Assembly: GCA_002867475.1 (NCBI GenBank)
Contig: PKTL01000051.1
Span: 4,640 to 68,639 of the forward strand
Length of the DNA: 64,000 nucleotides
Direction: 5' to 3'
DNA from: Candidatus Woesearchaeota archaeon
GTDB taxonomy: Archaea > Nanobdellota > Nanobdellia > Woesearchaeales > BM511
Shown in pieces: positions 1-9,418 of this stretch. Position numbers and translations under genes: made by a program. The notes under the pieces are model-generated. The model was not told the origin of the DNA. It did not search any database and saw nothing but the letters and a program-made list of their open reading frames with translations. How positions within the stretch are numbered: the stretch's first letter is position 1; every line of letters starts with the position of its first letter.

Positions 1-17
1 TTCCTGGATCAATAAAT

Positions 18-920
18 ATGCCAATTCTCGATAACCTTCAAAGACATATTGTTGGATACACCTATAAGCAAGTTAGCAAAGATGAAGCTTACAAAAAAGG
101 TTATGATATCCTTGAAGAAAAAATAAATGATTATGTCAACAAGCTTAAAAGTGTTAAATCGAGAATAGTTATATATTGTTTTAGAGGTGGGATGAGATCG
201 CGTGCTGTTGTTGAATACCTCAATAAGAGAGATGTTTCTTGCTATCAACTAAAAGACGGCTATAAGGCTTACAGAGAAAATGTTCTAAATAGATTAAAAG
301 GATTTGATTATAACAAAAAAAAGGTTTTCATACTCCATGGACTTACTGGCACTGCAAAGACCAAGATAATCAATAAGCTTGATGAAGGAATTGATCTAGA
401 AGGATTAGCAAATCACAGAAGTTCTCTTTTTGGTGCAGTTGGACTTAATCCTAACACGCAAAAATGGTTTGATTCACAATTGATTCTTGCTCTTGAAAAA
501 AGCGATAAGAATCTTATTTTTGAAGGTGAATCACTAAAGATAGGTGATGTTTTTATCCATAAAAGATTGTTTGATGCAATGGATAAAGCTATCGCTATAA
601 AGATAGAAATGTCATTGAACAAAAGAGTACAAAATATTCTTGATGATTATTTTGATACAGAAAAAAAGATTGGAGAAGTAAAAGAAATAATTCCAAAACT
701 AGCTCAAAAAATGGGCAATAAATGGGTTAATAACCTTTTGGAAATATTTGCAAAAAAAGATTATGAAAAAGTTGTTGAAATACTTTTAACAGAATATTAT
801 GATCTTTTATACGCTCATTTCCATAAGCATCATAGTCCTTCATATGAAATCATAATCACTACAGACGACATTGATGCTGCTGTAGGCAAAATAAAAGATT
901 TTATAAGAAATAAAAAATAA
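18..920 (+). CDS. selU: tRNA 2-selenouridine synthase-like protein (rhodanese domain + P-loop domain); reading frame is open back to the window start, so probably 5'-partial
   Basis: Rhodanese active-site motif CFRGGMRS followed by a P-loop-like GLTGTAKT, which is the SelU/MnmH architecture; no in-frame stop between position 3 and the first ATG. Confidence 0.5.
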   Translation: MPILDNLQRHIVGYTYKQVSKDEAYKKGYDILEEKINDYVNKLKSVKSRIVIYCFRGGMRSRAVVEYLNKRDVSCYQLKDGYKAYRENVLNRLKGFDYNKKKVFILHGLTGTAKTKIINKLDEGIDLEGLANHRSSLFGAVGLNPNTQKWFDSQLILALEKSDKNLIFEGESLKIGDVFIHKRLFDAMDKAIAIKIEMSLNKRVQNILDDYFDTEKKIGEVKEIIPKLAQKMGNKWVNNLLEIFAKKDYEKVVEILLTEYYDLLYAHFHKHHSPSYEIIITTDDIDAAVGKIKDFIRNKK

Positions 921-930
921 TTTTCTTTTT

Positions 931-1683
931 ATGTTTGTGAATAATCTTGATCCAGTCATATTCCCCATAGGTCCTGTTGCTATTACTTGGTATGGATTAG
1001 TTTATGCAATTGGTTTTCTTTTAGCAACACTTTTTCTTGCAAACATCGCTAAGAAAGGTAAAATAAAGAATCTTAATGAAAACAAAGCATATGATTTCAT
1101 GATCATCCTCATAGTTGGAAGCATCTTGACTGCTAGAATATTTTACATAATTTTCTATAATTTAAGGTTTTATATTGAAAACCCTCTCCAAGTTTTTGCG
1201 TTTTGGAATGGAGGTATGAGTTTTCATGGAGGTCTTATTGGTGCGATTGTTGCAACATATTATTTTTCGAGAAAACACAAGATTAGATTCTTACAACTTG
1301 CTGATTATCTTGTCATCCCTGCTGCATTGATGCTTGGTTTTGGAAGAATTGCTAATTTTATCAATAAAGAACTTATTGGCACAGTAACTGATATTTCTTG
1401 GTGTGTTGATTTTGGAGATGAAAAATGCAGGCATCCAGTACAGTTATATGCTAGCTTAAAGAATTTTTTCACATTTGGAGTTCTTTTCTTCGTTGAAAAA
1501 TATAAGGAATATAAAACTGGAACATTATTCTACCTTTTCCTCATATTATATGGTTTTGGAAGATTCATAATTGATTTCTTAAGAGTTCAGGAAGTATATA
1601 TCCTGTCTGTTGGTATTGGTCAGTGGATGAGTCTAATCATGGGAATTGTAGGTGCTTACTTTCTATTTAGAAATAAGGATTAG
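931..1683 (+). CDS. lgt: prolipoprotein diacylglyceryl transferase (Lgt) family membrane protein
   Basis: Polytopic membrane protein with Lgt signature region GGMSFHGGLIGAIVA...GRIANFINKELIG; length of 250 aa is typical. Confidence 0.65.
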   Translation: MFVNNLDPVIFPIGPVAITWYGLVYAIGFLLATLFLANIAKKGKIKNLNENKAYDFMIILIVGSILTARIFYIIFYNLRFYIENPLQVFAFWNGGMSFHGGLIGAIVATYYFSRKHKIRFLQLADYLVIPAALMLGFGRIANFINKELIGTVTDISWCVDFGDEKCRHPVQLYASLKNFFTFGVLFFVEKYKEYKTGTLFYLFLILYGFGRFIIDFLRVQEVYILSVGIGQWMSLIMGIVGAYFLFRNKD

Positions 1684-1719
1684 AAAGATTTAAAACCATC
1701 AACTATCATAATTATATTT

Positions 1720-2388
1720 ATGGATACACCAATTATTATTGTTAATTTCAAAACTTATGAACAAGCTACTGGGAAAAATTCTGTTTGGCTTGCAAAAGAA
1801 TTAGAAAAAGCAAGTATTGAATCTGGAAAAAGCGTTGCTATATCTGTTCAAGCAACAGACATATACAGAATAAAAGAATCAGTCAAAATTCCAGTGCTTG
1901 CTGAACACATTGACCCAGCTGGGCTTGGAGGTTACACCGGAAAAGTTACAGCATTAGCCTTGATTGAAAGTGGTGCAGAAGGATCACTCATAAACCATTC
2001 TGAAGACAGAAGTCCTTTTCAAGTAATTCAAGATGTTGTTGGTATATGCAAAGATAATAATCTATCAAGCATTGTTTGTGCTAAGGATGCTGAAGAAGCT
2101 AAAAAATTAGCTGTGCTTAGTCCCGACTTTATCGCAGTTGAGCCTCCTGAATTGATTGGCGGGGACGTGAGTGTTAGTTCTGCAAAGCCTGAAATAATCC
2201 ATAATACAGTTAAGCTTGTAAAGGAAGTAAATCCTGAAATTAAGGTTTTATGTGGTGCAGGTGTTAAGACAAAGGAAGATATAGTTGTTGCTTTACATCT
2301 TGGTGCAGATGGAATACTTCTTGCGTCAGGCATAACTAAAGCAGAAGATCCTAAAGGTAAAATGCTTGAATTATTAGAAGGATTATAA
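1720..2388 (+). CDS. tpiA: triose-phosphate isomerase, short archaeal type
   Basis: 222 aa; N-terminal IIVNFKTYEQATG and the INHSE catalytic loop are characteristic of archaeal TIM. Confidence 0.85.
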   Translation: MDTPIIIVNFKTYEQATGKNSVWLAKELEKASIESGKSVAISVQATDIYRIKESVKIPVLAEHIDPAGLGGYTGKVTALALIESGAEGSLINHSEDRSPFQVIQDVVGICKDNNLSSIVCAKDAEEAKKLAVLSPDFIAVEPPELIGGDVSVSSAKPEIIHNTVKLVKEVNPEIKVLCGAGVKTKEDIVVALHLGADGILLASGITKAEDPKGKMLELLEGL

Positions 2389-2420
2389 TATTAAAAAAAA
2401 TAGTATAAAAAAATAAATAT

Positions 2421-3080
2421 TTAATTTTTTACGTTTACAAATATTGATTGCTTCTGGTTGTAGAATAAACCGCCATCAGAATTTTCAGCAGTTAAAACTT
2501 TTGCTACAGTATTATCATCCATATTTGTTGAATAGTATACTGCTACTGTAAACATGTAAAGACCGTTTGGTACACCTTTTTGTACACCTACAGGTATTGG
2601 TTCTACAACATCCTCATTTACTTGCAAGGTATATGGAGCAGCATCAAGACCATTAGGAATCTGAGATATAGTCCATTTAGATGCGTTATCATAAGGATAA
2701 GGTATTGATAATTCATTATTTCTTTCATCAACTGCAGCAATCTTATCCTCAACTACCACAACATAATTTATAGGGGTAGAATATTTATTGATCAGACCTA
2801 GATAGAATATTCCTGAATCTCCTGCATCCATAGTTTTTTGGTTATAACCTATAGCAATAGGCTTGCCATTGGTCAGCATCTCACTCATTTCTTTCTCAAT
2901 ATCTTTATCCACTTCCCTTGTGTATTCAGTTCCTTTTGCAAACATATCATTTGCTAATTTGATACCAAACCCAAATACTATTATTGCAAAGATAAGCATT
3001 ACTAGAAAATTGACTTGAAGCTCTATACCTTTTTTATCTTTAAAGAATAAGTTTGATTTATTGACTTTTTTTGTTCTCAT
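2421..3080 (-). CDS. archaeal type IV pilin-like protein (class III signal peptide)
   Basis: N-terminus KKG|IELQVNFLVMLIFAIIVFGF has a positively charged stretch, G, then a hydrophobic helix (prepilin-like); otherwise a soluble Thr/Asn-rich domain. Confidence 0.45.
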   Translation of the reverse strand: MRTKKVNKSNLFFKDKKGIELQVNFLVMLIFAIIVFGFGIKLANDMFAKGTEYTREVDKDIEKEMSEMLTNGKPIAIGYNQKTMDAGDSGIFYLGLINKYSTPINYVVVVEDKIAAVDERNNELSIPYPYDNASKWTISQIPNGLDAAPYTLQVNEDVVEPIPVGVQKGVPNGLYMFTVAVYYSTNMDDNTVAKVLTAENSDGGLFYNQKQSIFVNVKN

Positions 3081-3119
3081 TTTTATCTAAAAATTAAATT
3101 TAAAAAAAATAATAAAAAA

Positions 3120-3338
3120 TTATTTTATTATCTCATATTCCTTGACTAGAAGTATCATCATTAATACAAGGATTATTGCACCTGCTATGAAAAGAAGGAA
3201 TCCTTTCAATAGATCTATTGCTCCAGTAAGAAGTGCATATAATGCTACTCCAAGGAGTGCAAATCCTAGCCATAAGAACTTGTCAAGGACTAGTTTCATT
3301 ATCTCAAATTCTTCACTTTGAGTTAGTCTTTTCTTCAT
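3120..3338 (-). CDS. small membrane protein (2 TM)
   Basis: 72-aa ORF with two hydrophobic helices, lying between two pilin-like genes on the same strand. Confidence 0.3.
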   Translation of the reverse strand: MKKRLTQSEEFEIMKLVLDKFLWLGFALLGVALYALLTGAIDLLKGFLLFIAGAIILVLMMILLVKEYEIIK

Positions 3339-3348
3339 TTTTTAACCT

Positions 3349-3879
3349 CTATTTTACGATTATGAAAAATGTTGCAGTATTGTTTATATCCCCACTATCT
3401 GCTTCTGCTAAAAGCCTACATGGAAACATATGACCTTTATCTGACGAAGTAGCTTCGATGATTATTGGTAATACTACTGAATCACTTCCTGGAATATCAT
3501 AATCTGGAACCACTTTAGGATTATTTGCAATATCTGTTGAACCATCATAGACTGATTCATCACAAGTAATATTAAAAGCATAATTTTCTTCTTGTGTATC
3601 AACATTTCTTGCACCAAAATAGATTATTTCTTCAGCTGGTGCTTTTATCTCAATTTCATCCTTACTTAATTCTAAATCATTTGATGAATCTTTCAACCTA
3701 TCTCTCATGTTCTTTTCCATCTCTCCACTTACATCTTCAAGTGCTTGGAGATTTCCGCCGAACATCTTATTCATAAAATTTAGTCCAAGACCAAGCATGG
3801 TAATTGCAAGTATCAGGACAACAATTGCGTTTATAGAAAGCTGCAATGCTCCTCTTTTCTGTCTGATTATTAAACTCAT
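3349..3879 (-). CDS. archaeal type IV pilin-like protein (class III signal peptide)
   Basis: N-terminus QKRG|ALQLSINAIVVLILAITMLGLGL is prepilin-like; paralogous organisation to 2421..3080. Confidence 0.45.
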   Translation of the reverse strand: MSLIIRQKRGALQLSINAIVVLILAITMLGLGLNFMNKMFGGNLQALEDVSGEMEKNMRDRLKDSSNDLELSKDEIEIKAPAEEIIYFGARNVDTQEENYAFNITCDESVYDGSTDIANNPKVVPDYDIPGSDSVVLPIIIEATSSDKGHMFPCRLLAEADSGDINNTATFFIIVK

Positions 3880-3971
3880 ATTATGACACCTCTAAAATAT
3901 GTATATGAATTTACTGACATTGGAGCTTTATAAATATTGCTATTTTACAGGATATATTCATCAATAATTGA

Positions 3972-5255
3972 TTAGAAATCTTCTAAACCCTTCTGGGGCC
4001 CAGTCTCTTTTGGTTTTGGAATCTTCTTATGATCATCTGGATTATACAAGATTATCCCATATTCGCCATCGAACCCAGGACTTACAATTATGTTATTTTT
4101 CCTATTTTTCATTATGAATTCTACAAGTTCTTCATCTATAACATCCAATAATTCTAATTTTTTTACATTAAGAAGAATGTTGAATTCATCATTGAAACTT
4201 TCAATCAATTTGTCATATATTTCCCAAACTGATTTTGTATTGACTCCTTTATCAAGATACTTTGCTATTATTTCTGAAAGAGGCATCAAAACATATTGAT
4301 TTACATTTTTTGGATTGTATTCTTCAGACCTATCTGCTAATTCTTCAACCCTTGAAGCAACACCAATAGTTAACTTTTTTCGACAAACCGGACAGATGCT
4401 GTTTCTTTTTGAAGATTCTTTTGGACTGAAAAAGATTCCACATTTCCTATGTCCATCAAAATGATACTTTCCATAATTTGGATCTGCTTCAATCGTTCCA
4501 ACTAAACCTTTTCCTGTATGTATTGCACTTATCAGATTATCATAATTTAATTCTTTAAGTTCAAAAATCGTTGCTTCTCTACCCAGTCGCCATGGCCAAT
4601 AACTATGATTATCAGAAAAAGATACTAAGTTATATTTATCAAGCCCACTAACTCTCCTATTCATAATTATATCACTTGATATTCCTGTCTCAAGACCATA
4701 AATATGTTTTGATTGATCCTTAAAGCATTCTTCAACAGTATTGAATTGATTATATTCTCCAAAAAGCGAGAAGTGTGGCGTCCATATATGTGCAGGTATC
4801 AATTCAATCCTTTCATTTATTTCTTTTAGATCTTTTACGAACTGATCTGAAGGTATCTTGAAAATTGGCCTCCCATCATAATCTATCCTTCCATGAGTAA
4901 GCAAATATTCAGTTATTTTATCAACAGTATCAAAATCAGGTGCTAGAACTACTATGTGTATCCTTCTTCCTTTACCTTCAGAACTGTATATCAAGGATAT
5001 TTCTGTCTGTAAAATGAATTTAAACCCGGTTTTTGTCTTTAATATACCTGAACCATCTTCTTTCAATTTTTCTTTTAACTCTTTTATCCATTTAGGGTGT
5101 GTGAAGTCCCCAGTTCCAAGAAGTGTTAACCCTTTTATCCTAGCCCATTTCTCTAAAGAATCAAGCCCCATCTCTTTACTGCAACCCCTAGAATGTTTTG
5201 AATGTATGTGCAGGTCTGCAATTATCTTATTTGTTTTCGGGTTCATGTTTAACAT
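3972..5255 (-). CDS. endoQ: PHP-domain endonuclease, EndoQ-like (deaminated-base endonuclease family)
   Basis: N-terminal PHP motif ADLHIHSKHSRGC; C-terminal zinc-finger-like C-x14-CPVC; ~425 aa as in archaeal EndoQ (TIGR00375-type). Confidence 0.55.
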   Translation of the reverse strand: MLNMNPKTNKIIADLHIHSKHSRGCSKEMGLDSLEKWARIKGLTLLGTGDFTHPKWIKELKEKLKEDGSGILKTKTGFKFILQTEISLIYSSEGKGRRIHIVVLAPDFDTVDKITEYLLTHGRIDYDGRPIFKIPSDQFVKDLKEINERIELIPAHIWTPHFSLFGEYNQFNTVEECFKDQSKHIYGLETGISSDIIMNRRVSGLDKYNLVSFSDNHSYWPWRLGREATIFELKELNYDNLISAIHTGKGLVGTIEADPNYGKYHFDGHRKCGIFFSPKESSKRNSICPVCRKKLTIGVASRVEELADRSEEYNPKNVNQYVLMPLSEIIAKYLDKGVNTKSVWEIYDKLIESFNDEFNILLNVKKLELLDVIDEELVEFIMKNRKNNIIVSPGFDGEYGIILYNPDDHKKIPKPKETGPQKGLEDF

Positions 5256-5880
5256 GGCCTTTTAGAAGCATTCGACCCATAGATGTAAGATGGATATAGC
5301 TTCTTCCTTTCTCTTCTCTTGAAGTCACAAGCCCAAGCTCCTTTAACCCTTCACTTTTTTGATTTCCATTTATATGATAGCTTATAAGAGGTAAGCTCAT
5401 ATTTGTCTTTTCGCTTAAGGTTTCAAGACCCATTTCTTGACCTTCTGCCTCAAAAAGTAATTCTAAAATCTCTTTTTTCTTATCTGTCAACTCCCTATAA
5501 TAAGTGAACTTGTATATAGGCAAAAGTATTAATTCATCGTTTTGTCTTGTGAATACTTTTATTCCTTTAGTGAATGCTGCAACAATCATGGCTGCACGAA
5601 AATCTCCTTTCACTAATGATACATCGATGAAGAAATTAGATTTAGAATCATCATAATTAGAAGTTACATTGTTTATTACTTCAAAACTTGATTCCCATAT
5701 ATCACCCAGATTTACTCTTTCGCTACCTATATCTTTCACACCTTGCTTATCTTCAGGTATTAAAAATTCATCTTTTATATCCTGTAAATAAATTATTTTT
5801 GAAGGATTCACTACTTCAACCGATTCAATCTTTGAATCTTTTATTGATCCATCTTCCACAGGAACTATTAATATTTCCAT
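5227..5880 (-). CDS. Csa3-like CARF-domain plus winged-HTH transcriptional regulator
   Basis: N-terminal Rossmann-like domain (ILIVPVED..., ...SLVKGDFRAAM, GIKVFTRQNDE) resembling the Csa3 CARF core (VVPS / DLTMGMR / RFTVYVRDE pattern); C-terminal wHTH LTDKKKEILELL...LGLVTSREEKGRSYI. Confidence 0.45.
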   Translation of the reverse strand: MEILIVPVEDGSIKDSKIESVEVVNPSKIIYLQDIKDEFLIPEDKQGVKDIGSERVNLGDIWESSFEVINNVTSNYDDSKSNFFIDVSLVKGDFRAAMIVAAFTKGIKVFTRQNDELILLPIYKFTYYRELTDKKKEILELLFEAEGQEMGLETLSEKTNMSLPLISYHINGNQKSEGLKELGLVTSREEKGRSYIHLTSMGRMLLKGHVKHEPENK

Positions 5881-5954
5881 ACTCTTACCAGAATATTGAT
5901 TACTTATAAATTTAATTGAATAAACTAGTTAGAAATTCAAAATAAAATATAAAA

Positions 5955-6605
5955 TTACTGATTGAAATAGCCTTTTACCAATAATTTGCCTAGATTTGAA
6001 AGTTTTATGAAGCTTCTTCCTTTCTCTTCTCTTGAAGTCACAAGCCCAAGCTCCTTTAATCCTTCACTTTTAAGATTCCCGTTTATATGGTAACTTATTA
6101 GAGGTAAGCTCATCTTTGTCTCATTGCTTATTGTTTCTAGATTAAGCTCGTTTCCATCTGATCCATATAGCAATTTCAATATCTGCATCTTTCTGTCAGT
6201 TAGAATCTTATAATATGAAAATTTGAGTATTGGAAGCATTAAGACTTCATCATTTTGGACAGTGAATGCACGAATCCCATTAACAAATGCTGCGCTTGTC
6301 ATAGCACACCTTATATCTTCATTGCCAGTAATCACATTTATTATTATCTCTTGGTCTTTATATAGCTCTTTTGTCTCAGATACTATCCTAAATGATTCTT
6401 CCCAAATATTACCTTCAATATAGACAATATTAGATGCTATCTTAAATTTTTCAAGATCTTCTTTTGTCTTATTTGCAATATTACTATCTTTATGTTGAGA
6501 TACTAATATGACTCTTTCTGCAGGAAATTCTTTCAACCCTAAAAAAAGCTGGTCCATATTATCTCCCACTGGAGCGATTAAGACGTTTTTCATTTTTTTC
6601 ACCAC
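5955..6605 (-). CDS. Csa3-like CARF-domain plus winged-HTH transcriptional regulator (paralog of 5227..5880)
   Basis: Same architecture: VLIAPVGDN...ERVILVSQ...NVITGNEDIRCAM...GIRAFTVQNDE plus C-terminal wHTH with a near-identical LKELGLVTSREEKGRS segment. Confidence 0.45.
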   Translation of the reverse strand: MVKKMKNVLIAPVGDNMDQLFLGLKEFPAERVILVSQHKDSNIANKTKEDLEKFKIASNIVYIEGNIWEESFRIVSETKELYKDQEIIINVITGNEDIRCAMTSAAFVNGIRAFTVQNDEVLMLPILKFSYYKILTDRKMQILKLLYGSDGNELNLETISNETKMSLPLISYHINGNLKSEGLKELGLVTSREEKGRSFIKLSNLGKLLVKGYFNQ

Positions 6606-6717
6606 ACATGCGTTTATGTTAATTGTTTGGTTTTCTTTGTATTTAAATATGATGTTTAATAAAACAAGAAAAAATTTAGATTAAAAAAAAAGATAAGATA
6701 CAAGCCCAGATATAAAC

Positions 6718-8388
6718 TCATATTTTGAATTCATTTATCATATGCTTCAATTCTTCAGCACTTCTTGAAAGATTCTGTGAGGCTGTTGCGACTTCTTGCA
6801 TGGAAGCAGTAGTTTGTTCTATACTTGCACTGACCTCTTCACTCGATGCGGCTGCTTCTTCTGAAACAGCTGAAACTTCACCCACCAATTTTTGAACCTT
6901 GTCTGAAGATATCAGTTGTTCATCTGTCAAAGCACTTATGTTTTCAATATGTTGTACTACATCAAGAACTTTATCTATTATAAGATCAAGAGACATTAAA
7001 GCTTCATTTACTACCTTGCTTCCCTCATCAACTTCTTTTGAGCCTGAATTCATTGTGTCTACAGCATTTTTAGTTGTACTATTTATCTCATTTACCATTT
7101 CTTCTATCTGCTTTGTTGCCTTTTGAGATTCTTCAGCAAGCTTCCTTACCTCATCAGCGACTACTGCAAACCCTTTGCCTGCTTCACCAGCTCGAGCTGC
7201 TTCTATCGCGGCGTTAAGCGCTAAAAGATTTGTCTGTTCAGATATACCATTAATGACATCTATAACCTTATTTATTTGCGTGCTTTTATCACCAAGATCT
7301 TTAACTACAGAAGCAGAATTTATTACTGTTTCACTTATGAGCTTCATTTTTTCCTCTGCATGCTTTGCAGCTTCACCACCTTTTTTGGCAGCTTCATTAG
7401 CTTCTTCAGCAATCTTTACTGAATCTTGAGCTGATATGTTTACCTTCTTTATTGATTCGATAAGTTTTTCAGTTTCCAGCTTAGAATCATTTGCTGATTT
7501 GCTTAAGTTCTGATTTCCAGATGCTATCTCTTGAATAGTTGAACTAACTTCTTCAGTTGATGCGTTGACTTCCTGAGTAGCTGCTGAAAGCTCTTCAGAT
7601 GTAGCAGCAGTTGTGTCTGCATTACTATTGATTCCAGAAATCAATTTTTTTAAGTTTATTATCATAGCATGGAAAGATTCAGTTAAACTCCAAAGCTCAT
7701 TTTGGCCCCCATATGTTCTGTCAAACTCAATTCGTAAGTCGCCACTTGCAACTATTTTCGCTTTTTCTTTTATATTATTTAATGAATCCACTATTTTTTT
7801 TATGTAAAAATATACAAATATGATTGATATTAATAGAGTTAATATTATTATATATATTACAGCTTTTCTAAGTATTTTTGGAGTATCAAGAAATTCATCC
7901 TCGAAGGCACTTGCTACAAGAATCAAATCTGTTCCTGCTATCGGTTTGAATGAGGCTATCTTATATGTGTTTGTTTTTGGTGAGAGATATCTATAATATC
8001 CTTCCTTATTATTTATTATATATTTGATAAATCCTTGATCTGCCCAATTTTCACCTTGAGCAACTGGGTGGAGTATGAAATCACCTTCAATGCTTACTAA
8101 AAACAAGAAACCTTCTTTTCCTATGACAACTTTTGAAAGCTCATCAAAAATCTCACCCTTAATATCCTCATAAGATTCTTTTTTGAGCATAGATTCCATA
8201 TAAGTCTCATATGCTGCGACGTTTTCACCTACTTGATCCTCTATCTGGTTTTTTATATTAGCATCAACAACTTGATAAGAGATTATACCCATAATAATTA
8301 ATGGAACTGTCACAAAAAAAATAGCCATGATTATAAGCTGAAACTTTATACTCAGGTCATTTAATCTAAATTTCTTGATTTTCACCAT
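6718..8388 (-). CDS. methyl-accepting chemotaxis protein with periplasmic Cache-like sensor and HAMP
   Basis: Two TM helices flank a ~150-aa extracytoplasmic domain; highly conserved MCP signalling region [38 protein letters not shown]. Confidence 0.8.
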   Translation of the reverse strand: MVKIKKFRLNDLSIKFQLIIMAIFFVTVPLIIMGIISYQVVDANIKNQIEDQVGENVAAYETYMESMLKKESYEDIKGEIFDELSKVVIGKEGFLFLVSIEGDFILHPVAQGENWADQGFIKYIINNKEGYYRYLSPKTNTYKIASFKPIAGTDLILVASAFEDEFLDTPKILRKAVIYIIILTLLISIIFVYFYIKKIVDSLNNIKEKAKIVASGDLRIEFDRTYGGQNELWSLTESFHAMIINLKKLISGINSNADTTAATSEELSAATQEVNASTEEVSSTIQEIASGNQNLSKSANDSKLETEKLIESIKKVNISAQDSVKIAEEANEAAKKGGEAAKHAEEKMKLISETVINSASVVKDLGDKSTQINKVIDVINGISEQTNLLALNAAIEAARAGEAGKGFAVVADEVRKLAEESQKATKQIEEMVNEINSTTKNAVDTMNSGSKEVDEGSKVVNEALMSLDLIIDKVLDVVQHIENISALTDEQLISSDKVQKLVGEVSAVSEEAAASSEEVSASIEQTTASMQEVATASQNLSRSAEELKHMINEFKI

Positions 8389-8567
8389 TCACCTCATTTT
8401 TAATGAAATATTACCTATTCAATTCCGAATATATTAATATTGTTAATGATTATTAAATCATTGGTTGACTTTATAAACTTTATTATTTTAAAAAAAATCT
8501 TTAAAAAAATAATACCATTATATAATGACTATAAAAGTTTTTAAACGCACATCACTGACTTTTTCTT

Positions 8568-9125
8568 ATGAAAGAAATCAAGATTATAGGCAGAGGCGGC
8601 CAAGGTGGGAAAACTGCAGCCGAAATCATCGCTAAGATTGGACTCAACGAAGGTAAATTTATACAGAGCTTTCCAGAATATGGTGCTGAAAGGCAAGGTG
8701 CACCAGTTTTTGCATATACAAGGATAAGTGATGAAGAGATAACAATCCATAGCGATGTCAAAAATCCAGACATAATAGCTATAATTGATCCAACTTTGAT
8801 TATTCCTAAAATGGTTGAAGGAATAAAATCTGATGGGATTTTAATAGTGAATACTAATAAGACATCTGATGAAGTAAGAGATCATCTGAAGCTAAAATTA
8901 AAAGATATTTATACTGTTGATGCGACATCGATTTCTATCAAATATTTAGGAAAAAACATACCTAACACCCCTATGCTTGGAGCTATTTCAACTGCTACCG
9001 GTTTATTTTCTCTTAAAGATGTTGAGGAAGAGATAAAGCATAAGTTCCTAAAAAAGATAGGCCCTGAATTCACAAAGAAAAATATTGATTCTATTAGAGA
9101 AGCAAGTAAAGAGGTAAAACAATGA
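8568..9125 (+). CDS. porG: pyruvate:ferredoxin oxidoreductase gamma subunit
   Basis: IIGRGGQGGKTAAEIIA motif; first gene of the gamma-delta-alpha-beta operon. Confidence 0.8.
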   Translation: MKEIKIIGRGGQGGKTAAEIIAKIGLNEGKFIQSFPEYGAERQGAPVFAYTRISDEEITIHSDVKNPDIIAIIDPTLIIPKMVEGIKSDGILIVNTNKTSDEVRDHLKLKLKDIYTVDATSISIKYLGKNIPNTPMLGAISTATGLFSLKDVEEEIKHKFLKKIGPEFTKKNIDSIREASKEVKQ

Positions 9126-9418
9126 GTAAGAAATTGAAAAATTGGAAAGAGATCCCAATCGGAGGACTGATTGTTGAACCTGGAAACAGTAAAGAATACT
9201 TGACAGGAGACTGGAGAACATTTAGACCTGTTCATATTCCTGAGAAATGTATAAATTGCATGATATGCTGGGTGAATTGCCCAGATAGTTCTATTCTTTC
9301 AAAAAATGGGAATTTTGATAAGTTTGATTATGATCATTGTAAAGGATGTGGTATCTGTGCAAACAGTTGTCCAGTGAAAGCTATAGAAATGAAACCAGAG
9401 GTGGATTTTGATGAGTAA
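9122..9418 (+). CDS. porD: pyruvate:ferredoxin oxidoreductase delta subunit (2x[4Fe-4S] ferredoxin)
   Basis: Two CxxCxxCxxxCP clusters (CINCMICWVNCP, CKGCGICANSCP); 4-nt overlap with both neighbours. Confidence 0.8.
   Translation: MSKKLKNWKEIPIGGLIVEPGNSKEYLTGDWRTFRPVHIPEKCINCMICWVNCPDSSILSKNGNFDKFDYDHCKGCGICANSCPVKAIEMKPEVDFDE

Noticed and set aside
6899-7807. Several plus-strand ORFs (64–84 aa) inside the MCP gene
   Set aside because: They are antisense to the conserved MCP signalling domain, so they are shadow ORFs.
8541-8773. Two small minus-strand ORFs (69 and 73 aa) at the porG start
   Set aside because: They overlap the porG 5' region and its promoter, have Cys/Ser-rich shadow-frame composition, and lie in no operon context.
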